A DNA stretch of 62,792 nucleotides, the filler included, from Craspedostauros australis (taxonomy: Eukaryota): NCBI GenBank assembly GCA_030167865.1. It is 6 parts of 6 records of this genome, joined end to end, with 100 filler letters (N's around TTAATTAATTAA, not from the genome) between each part and the next. Parts side by side here need not be neighbours in the genome. Positions count along the whole stretch, not along the records: positions 32,163 to 53,922 come from JALAGF010005980.1; positions 54,023 to 57,570 come from JALAGF010005981.1; positions 57,671 to 59,974 come from JALAGF010005983.1; 3 more parts are not named here. One strand, 5' to 3'. Position 1 is the stretch's first letter. Each line of letters starts with the position of its first letter. Positions 49,860-60,074 of this stretch are shown in pieces. A program made the position numbers and the translations under genes. Below the pieces are notes generated by a model. That model was not told the DNA's origin, searched no databases, and saw only the letters and a program-made list of their open reading frames with translations.

Positions 49860-50352
49860 GAATGTATGGAGCAATGTGAAATCGCGGTGTGGTGCAGTTA
49901 TGTTTTGCGGCCGGCTTTCGCTTGTTGGTGATGGACCAACCATACTCGTACGATCTAGACATTCCATACTGCTCACCAACCACAGCACGCAATCACAATC
50001 ACCCAACCATTTCACATTCTCTGTGCCACGAGCATGAGTACAGATGCATTGAGTACGCCCATGCTCAACCAACGCATTATCATTAATCGGAGTAAGGCTG
50101 CACAGTATCCTATTGTACGCGTGACATGGAACGTACGCTTGCTATCTCAATCATCGGTGCACTCCGCCTTTCTTTGCAAACTGTCGAGTGGAAGCTTTGT
50201 CGCTTTGGCGAATACGGCCAGTCCGCTATCACTTCCGATGCTCTGGCAGAAGCGCTTTGATCTATTCCAGGCGACATCTCGTCTTTGCTAGTGTTCTTGT
50301 GGGTAGTGAGATCCTTCTCAACTTGGACGAGCGGAACCGCTCTCTTGTCATC

Positions 50353-51660
50353 TCATGTCCACTTCAACATCTCACTGCCCTGCAGCAGAAGATTGAATAT
50401 CTCGTTCGTGGCACCCATCGGATCCATTGTAACCCAACGTTTGTTTGTTCCAATCAGCATCTCCCCAAACAGGGCCAGTGGCCGTGACCATGTCGGAAGG
50501 GAACACAGAACTGCTCTCACGTTGTTGCAATGATTTCGCCGCAAGACACGTCCAACAAGCGCATTGTACGAATGGGCATGTTCGTCAGGCGGGCGTGGGG
50601 ATACGCAGTGATAGGTGAGTTGGGTAGTCTGCTCCAAGGCTTGCTGAAGTGCTTCCATTTGTGCCGTGAAGGTTTTGGGCGGAACTTCAAACATGTTGGG
50701 AGCACCATGGGCATGGTATGTGAGATATGACAAGCTCTTGTTTCCCAGGAGCGATATCAATGCATCGAACCGTGTCATCTGCTCTTGTCGCGAAAACCCA
50801 ACCCAAATACAGGAAACACTGAGCTTCTTCAGGTGTGATGCATCTGCAAGGAGTTGGATGATCTGGTCGGTTTCTTGTGAGTGGATGTGTTGGGGGCTGT
50901 GGAAACGATAGCAAGTGGTGTAGAGTTTGTTGATGCGCTTGTTTGACTGGAATAGCTTTGCCAAGCTTTCGCAAGTGACACGGGTGTATGAAAAGGAGAC
51001 TTCGGTGACACTGCAATTGTTTGGAGACAGCCATCTCCACAAATCAGCGCCCCCATTGGCGAGCTTGCAGGTTCTAAACTGAACCCATTTTGAGTTTTGG
51101 GAGATGTTGAACATGAGCTTGTCACAATCAACAAGATCACATGACTCCAAATCCACACGATGTGTCACAAGAGGGATATCGTGGAGCTGCTTCATCTCCA
51201 CGAAGCATTGAGTCAATTGGATGCCGTCGTCGAATGGAGATTTGAGTGGATGTTCGGCAGCCAATCGAAGTACGAAGCGAATCGCTTGCTTGTCTTCCTC
51301 TCCGAATTGGTTATCGCTGCCGAATTCCAGCTTCAGGGATCGAATATACATCCACCCGCAGCCCCAGGGAAGCGAACCCTTCAGTAGAACATGAGGTGAT
51401 AAAGCAACGTGCTTGTGCTGCCGCTTCATCGATTTCAAGTCCGCAAAGGTGAATCCTGCTTCGATGGCCATGTCCCAGTATTCCATCCGCTTGGGTGTGA
51501 CACTGTAGCAGTCGATCTGTTGTCTTGTATGACTCTGCACATTGAACGCGGTCTTCGGCGACAGCTTTTTTCGATGGAGTTGATTCCAGAAAGTCTTGAA
51601 GTCTGGATCATGATCGCTGTTGGTATTGGTGTTGCCGACAGCATCCATGTTGCGGTTCAT
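50353..51660 (-). CDS. Hypothetical protein with degenerate RNI-like leucine-rich repeats
   Basis: Intact ORF of about 435 codons. LRR-like units (IRSLKLEF, VTEVSFSY, INKLYTT, LKKLSVS, LSYLTYH) and a C-terminal LRRN...LPTWSRPLAL...IFNLLLQ tail typical of diatom RNI-like proteins. Confidence 0.6.
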   Translation of the reverse strand: MNRNMDAVGNTNTNSDHDPDFKTFWNQLHRKKLSPKTAFNVQSHTRQQIDCYSVTPKRMEYWDMAIEAGFTFADLKSMKRQHKHVALSPHVLLKGSLPWGCGWMYIRSLKLEFGSDNQFGEEDKQAIRFVLRLAAEHPLKSPFDDGIQLTQCFVEMKQLHDIPLVTHRVDLESCDLVDCDKLMFNISQNSKWVQFRTCKLANGGADLWRWLSPNNCSVTEVSFSYTRVTCESLAKLFQSNKRINKLYTTCYRFHSPQHIHSQETDQIIQLLADASHLKKLSVSCIWVGFSRQEQMTRFDALISLLGNKSLSYLTYHAHGAPNMFEVPPKTFTAQMEALQQALEQTTQLTYHCVSPRPPDEHAHSYNALVGRVLRRNHCNNVRAVLCSLPTWSRPLALFGEMLIGTNKRWVTMDPMGATNEIFNLLLQGSEMLKWT

Positions 51661-52667
51661 CCTTTTCTTGTTGTTGCTGATTGTTGCTGATTGCTGCTGT
51701 TGGTGGTGCAATCGTACGAGTAGAGTAGGTAGAGCAGGTAAAGTATGTGGTCCTAAATCAGTTGCGCTTGGATGGCGATTGTGAGCTCATCTGCTCAAGG
51801 TTGCTGTCCTCCATTTCATGATCCTGTGCATTCATCACGATGCAACGTGTCGTCGGTGGACACGCCTGCATGGACTTGCGCAGTTCCACCACTGCGTATG
51901 GTGTATGGTGTATGGGCTTGGGTGGTGTGGTGTAGTGTGGTATGACCGTGGACAGCCACATCATGATCCGAAGCTGGCTAGCTCGCTCGCACGATACGAC
52001 CTTCGATGGTGCCCAACTTGGCCACGCTGTACAGTTGCGCCTCTTCATGTGATACCATAGATCGTGTAAGATGAGTAGGCACATTCCTCTGTGATGGTCT
52101 TGGGGGAGTCAATCACGATACCACTCCGATCGATACAGTTCTTCGGAAGTTGGATGTGTTGGAACGAATGCGATGGGCAGATCCACAACGTGAGAAATCC
52201 ACCACGATGACTTCTTCGGTCGGCATCAGAGAGGCGTTTCTCACGTTTTGTTGCGAGGATGACGACGATGACGATGTTGGTGACACCACTCGTGTTTCAA
52301 TCGACATCAAACGTATCCAGGACTCATCTCGCCTCACCAATCATTGCGAACTCTGTGGCGATGATGACAGCCATGGTGGTGGTTCTGCAGACATCGCTGC
52401 AGAATACTGATGTACAGATCGTCACAACCGCAACGCTCACATGATGATCACCGTTGCCATCAAGTATCTATTCACAGAGCATGCCAATGCTCCGTCTCTC
52501 CCTCTCTCTCTCTATTTCTAGAGAGACTTCGAACGATGCCGGCTGGTTGACTTGGTTCCTCGCTCATTGATCGCCCAACCACAGAGACAGCCACAACCAG
52601 AAGAATCACAGCAACGGCAGCATTGGCATCAAGGACACCAACGACGTGGTTGATGCATCAATAGAGG

Positions 52668-53922
52668 ATGATTGGTGCCATCTACATTGCGTGCATGTTG
52701 GTGGCAACGAACTCACTGTCATCACCATCCTTGTCATCCCTGTCATCCCCATCATCCTCACTAAAAACAGAAGCGAAGCAGCAGAAGCAACAGGAATGGG
52801 AATGGGAACCACCAACCAACACGAAAGATCGCAGTCATCGGTGGTGGCATCGCCGGTCTCTCCTTGGCGTATGCCTTCGACAACAACAACGGCAACGATG
52901 CACACAACATTGATGTGACATGCTTCGACGTGAAATGCTTCGATGCGAGACCAGAATTGGACGTCGTCGCAGGTGCGGGTGTGCAGCTCAACAGCGGCAT
53001 GGCAGTGCTGAAGCAAATCTATCCGTCACTGTAGCGTGCAGCAAAGAGCGCGCGGTGGCCGATGTCGCGCTACCGTTGACAACCGTGCGATCCAAGACCA
53101 CCAGCTGAATCTCATCCAACGGGAAGCTCCAGTTGCTGTACTTCAATCTCAGACAGATGATCATGGGTGCGGAGTGACGCCACGACGAAGGCGCTGATCC
53201 AGGAGGATGGCGAGGTCATGGCGGACCATCCTCCATCATGCGGTGAGCCTTGTAGGAGGCGCTGCAGGAGAAGCTGATGGAGGAGCTAGAGGTGACGCCC
53301 GTGCATCTCAGCAAGCAGGTGTTGGACGTGGAATGTCAAAGACGGCAGAGTGAGATGCCACCCATCTCGCGTTTGAAGATGGAACGAGGGAAGGGCCGTG
53401 CTGGTGCGATATGGTGGAAGGCTGGAGTGGCGTCGACAGCGTCGTCAAGCAGTACATCAACGGTGCTGGTGGTGGCAATGGTCATGGCGGTGGTGATGGC
53501 AATGTGCGGTCTTCAGCAGGCAACAAACGCAATTCGGTGGCTGTGTACTCTGGCATCCGCATCCGGCACGCCATTCAGGATGTCGCCAAAGAGGACAGCG
53601 ACAGTAGCAGCGGGAGTAGTAGCAGCAGAAGTAGCGGCGACCAAACGAACACAATGGAACAAGATCCCATCCTGCAGCAATACTTTGGCAACTGTGCCTA
53701 CTGCCTCACCGGCAACGACGACAACATCAACCATGGTAGCGGCATCAAGCGTGATACCATGAGAGGCTGCTTCATCATCTTCCGCAACACCTTCCCCCTT
53801 CTCCAAGCCCACCGCCAGCACGAATGACGAGAGCGTCCCTTGATAGGCATGATCCGAGACCGAGCACGTCCAGCAACAGATGTGACAGCAGATCGAAGAT
53901 GCCAAGATCCCCATGGACACCA
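52668..53922 (+). pseudogene. Second FAD-dependent monooxygenase pseudogene (paralog of the 48993 copy), truncated by the contig end
   Basis: RKIAVIGGGIAGLSLAYAF...DARPELDVVAGAGVQLNSGMAVLKQIYPSL* followed by more TAG/TGA stops and frameshifts. GVDSVVKQY and VYSGIRI remnants. Shares its 5' and 3' blocks with the 48993 copy. Confidence 0.8.
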
Positions 53923-54022
53923 NNNNNNNNNNNNNNNNNNNNNNNNNNNNNNNNNNNNNNNNNNNNTTAATTAATTAANNNNNNNNNNNNNNNNNNNNNN
54001 NNNNNNNNNNNNNNNNNNNNNN

Positions 54023-54558
54023 GCCTTATCTTTATAGTTATGAGGTGATGAAGTTGAGCAGGCTACCTCTAATGGAGCCCGCGATCTGTCGTGTTGTTTT
54101 TTCTGTGTTTGGGACTATCTCATGACTTTTTGGTTTGTTCACGAGTTCGAGAATCTGTTTTTCGTTGGTCGGAGGCAAAACTTGATGCCGATTTCCGCAC
54201 AGACGGGCAGACGGAAAATTATTGGGTGCTCACAACACGGTCAACTCGCGGTGTCAACATGTGCAGCTGCCCCAACTGCTCTTCCCTCCTCATTCTCGTT
54301 TCACTGCGCACAGGATTATGATGGTGAAGGCGGTACTTCCAATGGACAGGGGGTAATCGAGTACAATAGCTTCTGAAAGAGCGAGGCAACAATGGAGAAT
54401 GGGGTTGACATCCTCAGTCTCGTGCATCGCCGTGTTGTACTGTGGCGAATGTCCTTGTTCACATGTGTTCGATTTCAGTCGTCCAATTCAACCCTTGTCG
54501 AAGAAATCGTCCCAAGTCTTTGAAGGAAATCATTTATGAAGTATTGAAGTACATGTAG
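54023..54558. repeat. Reverse-complement copy of 32163-32698
   Basis: Exact end-to-end match at the positions checked. Confidence 0.92.
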
Positions 54559-56722
54559 TCTTCTGGGTGGCAGTGAGTAAGCTGGAGAAGAAGCAATGGT
54601 GGAACCCCTTTAGTCACCATAAATTCAAAGCGGGAGAGGCCATTTTAAATATTGGCTTGCGTAACCCCCATCAAACGTTACTCATGTTGAATGGCAACAA
54701 TATACGCAATTTCGACTACTGAGAAATGCGAACGTTTACAATTCAAATTTGAAATTTCCCGATGGCTCTCGTATTTTATCATTGACATTTGTCAAACGTC
54801 ATCATCAGCATTCGTTGTCCAATCACTTCGTCTCATTATCATGACGTATGTATGCGGGTACACGGACAGACAGTATCTGGTTCTCGCAAAGCATTCGAAC
54901 TCAACAAATTCANTCGCATCGTTCGGTGAGAGGCGTTGGGTGGACCAACAGATTCGTCCCACCGACACCGTCAACAATAGAAACTGAACAACAACGCAAT
55001 TGCATCCAGCACAGCAAGTCATCCAGGGCCGCAGGTCAACCTTATCATTAACAACGACTCCATTGTGGCCGTCGAAGATATGCTCAGTGTGTGCTGAGCA
55101 GAATGACACTGCGTANNNNNNNNNNNNNNNNNNNNNNNNNNNNNNNNNNNNNNNNNNNNNNNNNNGCAGAATGACACTGCGTAGTTCAGTATCAACAGCA
55201 TCGTCGACGACCATGAGACACCACCATCTCATGAACACACCAGCGGAGACATCTACCAAGCTACTCCACCAACGCCTACCGTAGCATCGTCAACGGATGC
55301 AGCAACCATTGTCAACAATTTGTACCAACACACAAGGAATACAAGTATGGTTGAAGGGCAATGGTGGATCTGGAGCTGCATCTCCTTGCACTCCCACTGC
55401 AGGCCAAATTCTCATCCNACATGATGTCGCTGGGCAAAGGGCAGTGAAAAGCAGTTGGCAATGCACAACGAGCTGCAAACGCTGTGAATCAGGACAACAG
55501 CAGCCTCAACAACACTGACATCACAGCGGCAAGAACAATGCTCTGTGAGTTGGTGCATTCAGAGCCTTGTGGATGGCTGAGCATTGAGCCTGTGGAATGA
55601 ACATCACAGTAGTCTTCAGAAGTTGTATATTCAGCTGATGGTCAATAGCAGAGCATCTGGCTGGAAGCAACTGATGGGCAGAGAGCACAGCATGGAGTAC
55701 AGATCATCAGCGTATGTCGCAACAAACGGAGAGCACCGCATCCTGTCAAAAGAATGAAAGGCAACATCCGGCAAACACCAATGCACATACAAATCACTGG
55801 CACCACACAGAATTCAGAGCGCAGACTGCTTCCTGAAATAACCAATCGATCAGAAGACTGCATTCAGCAAGATCTGGGAACATTGTCATTGATCAACAAG
55901 TAGTAGGCAGTTTCCAGACGCAGCAAGAGGGCTTCCAACCACAGCCAATGAACTCATACACAGCTCATTATCAAGAAGAGTATCTGGCTTCAACCAGCTA
56001 CTTCTGGGTGAGTAGTTAGCACCACCACATGGCACTTGTCATTCAGTAGTGAAGCAATGAAGAACATTCAGAACGAGGAGCATCCAACCACAACCCAATT
56101 CACAGCGAAGATCCAACAGGAAGCAACCAGCAGCAGAAAAGGATCAAGCATTGAATATACTGCAAAGTAAGTGGCAACAATCAAGAAACCACAAATCCCC
56201 AACACCAGAGTGCCCAACAAAGAGCATAGCACATGCAGCAAAGTATCTCAAAACGATCAACAGATCACTCTGCATCATTTGGCAGCGAGCAGAGCCCACA
56301 GGGTACATAACAGAGAACACCCGACTGAGTTCTGTTGGCTGCAACCAACNAATCAGCAGAGTATTTGGCAACAATCACTTGTTCCAGTTTGATTTGTCAT
56401 CACCTACATCAATGCCACTCATTGATCATTGTGCTCTAATTGATGTTGCTCCTCTGGTATCCCATGGAATGCTGTCTGATGCGGATGCGCACCCGCACAC
56501 ACTACAGATTCTGCGTGGCTCAAATGTCAAACAGCATGAGCATCGTACAATCTACAATTCCATCCACAAAATCCATTCCAAACTGTCACCGCTCCCAAAC
56601 ACACGAACAAACCAACACAAACGAACGCAAATGAATGGGCAGACAAGTGATCACTCCGCACAACAAACAAATNNNNNNNNNNNNNNNNNNNNNNNNNNNN
56701 NNNNNNNNNNNNNNNNNNNNNN

Positions 56723-57129
56723 CACTCTGCATCATTTGGCAGCGAGCAGAGCCCACAGGGTACATAACAGAGAACACCCGACTGAGTTCTGTTGGCTGCA
56801 ACCAACAAATCAGCAGAGTATTTGGCAACAATCACTTGTTCCAGTTTGATTTGTCATCACCTACATCAATGCCACTCATTGATCATTGTGCTCTAATTGA
56901 TGTTGCTCCTCTGGCATCCCATGGAATGCTGTCTGATGCGGATGCGCACCCGCACACACTACAGATTCTGCGTGGCTCAAATGTCAAACAGCATGAGCAT
57001 CGTACAATCTACAATTCCATCCACAAAATCCATTCCAAACTGTCACCGCTCCCAAACACACGAACAAACCAACACAAACGAACGCAAATGAATGGGCAGA
57101 CAAGTGATCACTCCGCACAACAAACAAAT
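56723..57129. repeat. Near-identical duplicate of 56266-56672 across a 50-N gap (assembly overlap)
   Basis: Same sequence on both sides of the gap at 56673-56722. Confidence 0.9.
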
Positions 57130-58077
57130 CCACAATTCAGCAGCGCAAATCAACCAACAGACAACGACCAAATCCACGAATGGCAGAACACACAGAATGG
57201 ACAAACTCCTGCACCAATAGATGCCAATCAAACATACGAGACCGCTCTTCGCATCCAAAGATCTTTTGCAGCAATGGTCAACTACTGTGCTCTTTGGCCA
57301 GTCCCCCACAGCCGTCATTGCCGTCAATGCCATCAATGCTATCAACAACCAACCAAATCCTCCTGCATGTCCAGTGAGAAATGGTGGAATGCATGGTACC
57401 ATCAATGCGTCAAAGCCATCATGTCATACCAAAGGATGCCCGCTGCAGCTAAATCACAAAGATCATCTGTGCCTGTGTTGTCCTCGAGAGTCCATAACAT
57501 TCCTTCCACGCCACTACCACTGTCACACACATGAAAGGATTATCTGAGAACCTGATTGTGGGGTGCGTGGNNNNNNNNNNNNNNNNNNNNNNNNNNNNNN
57601 NNNNNNNNNNNNNNTTAATTAATTAANNNNNNNNNNNNNNNNNNNNNNNNNNNNNNNNNNNNNNNNNNNNATTAGTCACAAATACTGGTCGGGGGTTTGT
57701 CTTCGGACAACTCACAATAAAAGAACAAGAGCTCCAACCAGGGCACGCAACAACAGGCCAATACGTCTACAGTAGTTACTTGTGCACTTTGACAAGGAGC
57801 ACCAATGACTCGCTGGTCAAACCTGTTGGGAACACGATTGTTCAATCCACCGCCTTCATGCGTACTCGTAGTAGTACAACACATCGCGCATATCCCATGT
57901 GCGGTTCTCAGGCAACCATGTTGCCGATTGGACTCCTTGGGGGATANGCGTACATCGTGACGTGCGATGGTTGCAATTGAGATTGTGATCATCTTGGTGT
58001 TCTCCCCATCACATCATCGCTGTTGGCGTCATCATCACTTTCGTGGTTGTTTCGAGTTGACGATCAGAGATCTCGTT

Positions 58078-58681
58078 AGAGAGTTATCGCACTCAGCTCA
58101 CCCAGTCACGACCAGTCCCACAAGGGAGTCATAACCTGATAGAGACACTTTTCGAGGGGCTGGATGCGAACTTCCCCCTTGGCGAACTGATGAGAATTCA
58201 GTTCCGACGCTCTGAACTGAAATGTTCTCAGCTCGTACAGTCCCGGCAAAAAATATCACTTCCACGCGTAAACAAGAAACAGCCAATCATGATGCTTCAT
58301 ATGTACAGTTTTGGTCGTTCTTGTCGTTGATTGATATCTATGTTCGTACCGATGCTACGCCGTATGCATTCAATTTCGAACAACAACATCCAAGAGAACA
58401 ACAACGACACTCCCATCACAACAAAATTTTATATCTTTCTATTCTCTGGCCATTATCTACAATCTCAGAACAGGCATGACCAAAATAGGATGTTGCCGAA
58501 CCGAAAATGCATCGAACTTGTCTAAGCTTGATACATTGGCCATAGGATAGGCTCAAATGCGCTCGAGTTAATCCATGCAGCATTATGTCACGAATCAGTC
58601 CTGTGCAATTTCTCTACTCGAGAGTCAATGCGAACTGTGACAATTGACATCGGCTGAGGGAGCTGAATGCGATAACTCTCT
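58078..58681. mobile_element. 604-bp non-autonomous DNA transposon (MITE), PIF/Harbinger-like, with 3-bp TSD
   Basis: TIRs: AGAGAGTTATCGCACTCAGCTC (58078) and GAGCTGAATGCGATAACTCTCT (to 58681), 21/22 match. Flanks are GTT and ATT. The empty site tctc-ATT-tgaacg lies at 34684-34686. No transposase ORF. Confidence 0.9.
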
Positions 58682-59185
58682 ATTTGAACGCCTTTCTGAC
58701 ATGTTCTTCTCATGAAAGAAGCTAATAAAGTACTTCATTGACACACAGAATTCGTGAAATTGGGAACATCTCTGCACGTGCAAAAGTGGTGAAGCGATAA
58801 TCGACGATTCCCATTTGTGGTGTTCTCGCGTTCGCAACAGCGATCTTGTGGGGTGTGTTGTGTTCTGTTCCTTCTTCTCGTTGTTGTGTGCGCCAGTTCG
58901 CAGTCAGCAAAAGGAAGGATCCGCACTCTCCGGACAGCGCTGGTGCCCTCTCCCAAACCAGGGTGCGATCAAGAAGTGGACAAACAGAGAAACGAGGAGA
59001 ACATTGAAACGAGGAGAACATTGAAACGAGGCAACCGCACACACTGCTCAACCCCATACTCCAACACATCAACAACACACATGTCATGGGTAGCTCGAAC
59101 AGCACACTTCCTCAACAGTCAATCCAACGCCAATCGTTCAACGTCCAACGTCAATCGTCCACCAACCATCGAACATCCTCCCAAA

Positions 59186-59974
59186 ATGCCGAATGTTACG
59201 AACAAACAACTCATTGTTGCTGCCGCGGCAGGTGACTTGTCGGTGTTGAAGGAATGGAAGAAGCAGAACAAGACGCAGAATGAAGGAGTTGATGTCAACA
59301 AGGTTACAAACTGGGGTGGTTACACTCCCCTTCATTTGGTATGCCGCAACGGCCACCTGGAGTGTGTGAAGTACCTCATCAAATCATGCAAGGCGAACAT
59401 CAACTGCAAAACCAACTATGGTTACACTCCCCTTCATTGCGCATGCTGCTCCAGCCACCTGGAGTGTATCGAGTACCTCATCGAATCATGTGGGGCGAAC
59501 ATCAACTGCCAAAACAACGATGGTTACACTCCCCTTCATAAGGCATGCCGCTCCAGCCACCTGGAGTGTATGGAGTCCCTCATCAAATCATGTGAGACAA
59601 ACATCAACTGCCAAAACAACCAAGGTGAAACTCCCCTTCATTACGTATGCATTGATGGCCACCTGGAGTGTATGGAGTCCCTCATCAGAGGACTTTCGCC
59701 TTCAGCTCACCCACAATTGCAACAACTGCAGCAACGCTTACAACAAAACGAACAAGCAAATGAACAACCACAAGAACAGTTGGGACAGCAGTTGAAGCGA
59801 AAGAGGCAAGAGAATGAACACAAACACAGCAGCAACAAGAGGACCAACATCAACATTGGAGAAGATCGGCCATATCCTTCCAAACTGGGAACAGGACAGA
59901 CACCATCTTCTTGTGTGGACAGGGCGACCAACAGCAACTAACCAAGGCAAACGCCCAAGCCCTCATCATCACAC
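59186..59974 (+). pseudogene. Ankyrin-repeat + BTB-like gene, copy 2 (4 ankyrin repeats); -1 frameshift near 59870; truncated by the contig end
   Basis: Four TPLH repeats. cggc-catatcc versus cggctcagatcc in copy 1 shifts the frame. The alternative frame reads ISFQTGNRTDTIFLCGQGDQQQLTKANAQALIIT, matching the start of the copy 1 BTB region. Confidence 0.8.
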
Positions 59975-60074
59975 NNNNNNNNNNNNNNNNNNNNNNNNNN
60001 NNNNNNNNNNNNNNNNNNTTAATTAATTAANNNNNNNNNNNNNNNNNNNNNNNNNNNNNNNNNNNNNNNNNNNN

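Larger units (their letters stand above)
57797..59974 (+). repeat. Diverged duplicate (paralog or haplotig) of about 34404-35857, including the upstream region and the ankyrin gene
   Basis: Collinear match from ggagcaccaatgactcgctggtcaaac to ctcatcatcacac, apart from the MITE and one extra ankyrin repeat. Confidence 0.92.

Noticed and set aside
56266..57129. Apparent tandem duplications around 50-N gaps (also 9471-9580, about 55098-55183, 60906-61231)
   Set aside because: Near-identical sequence on both sides of fixed-length gaps indicates unmerged contig overlaps.
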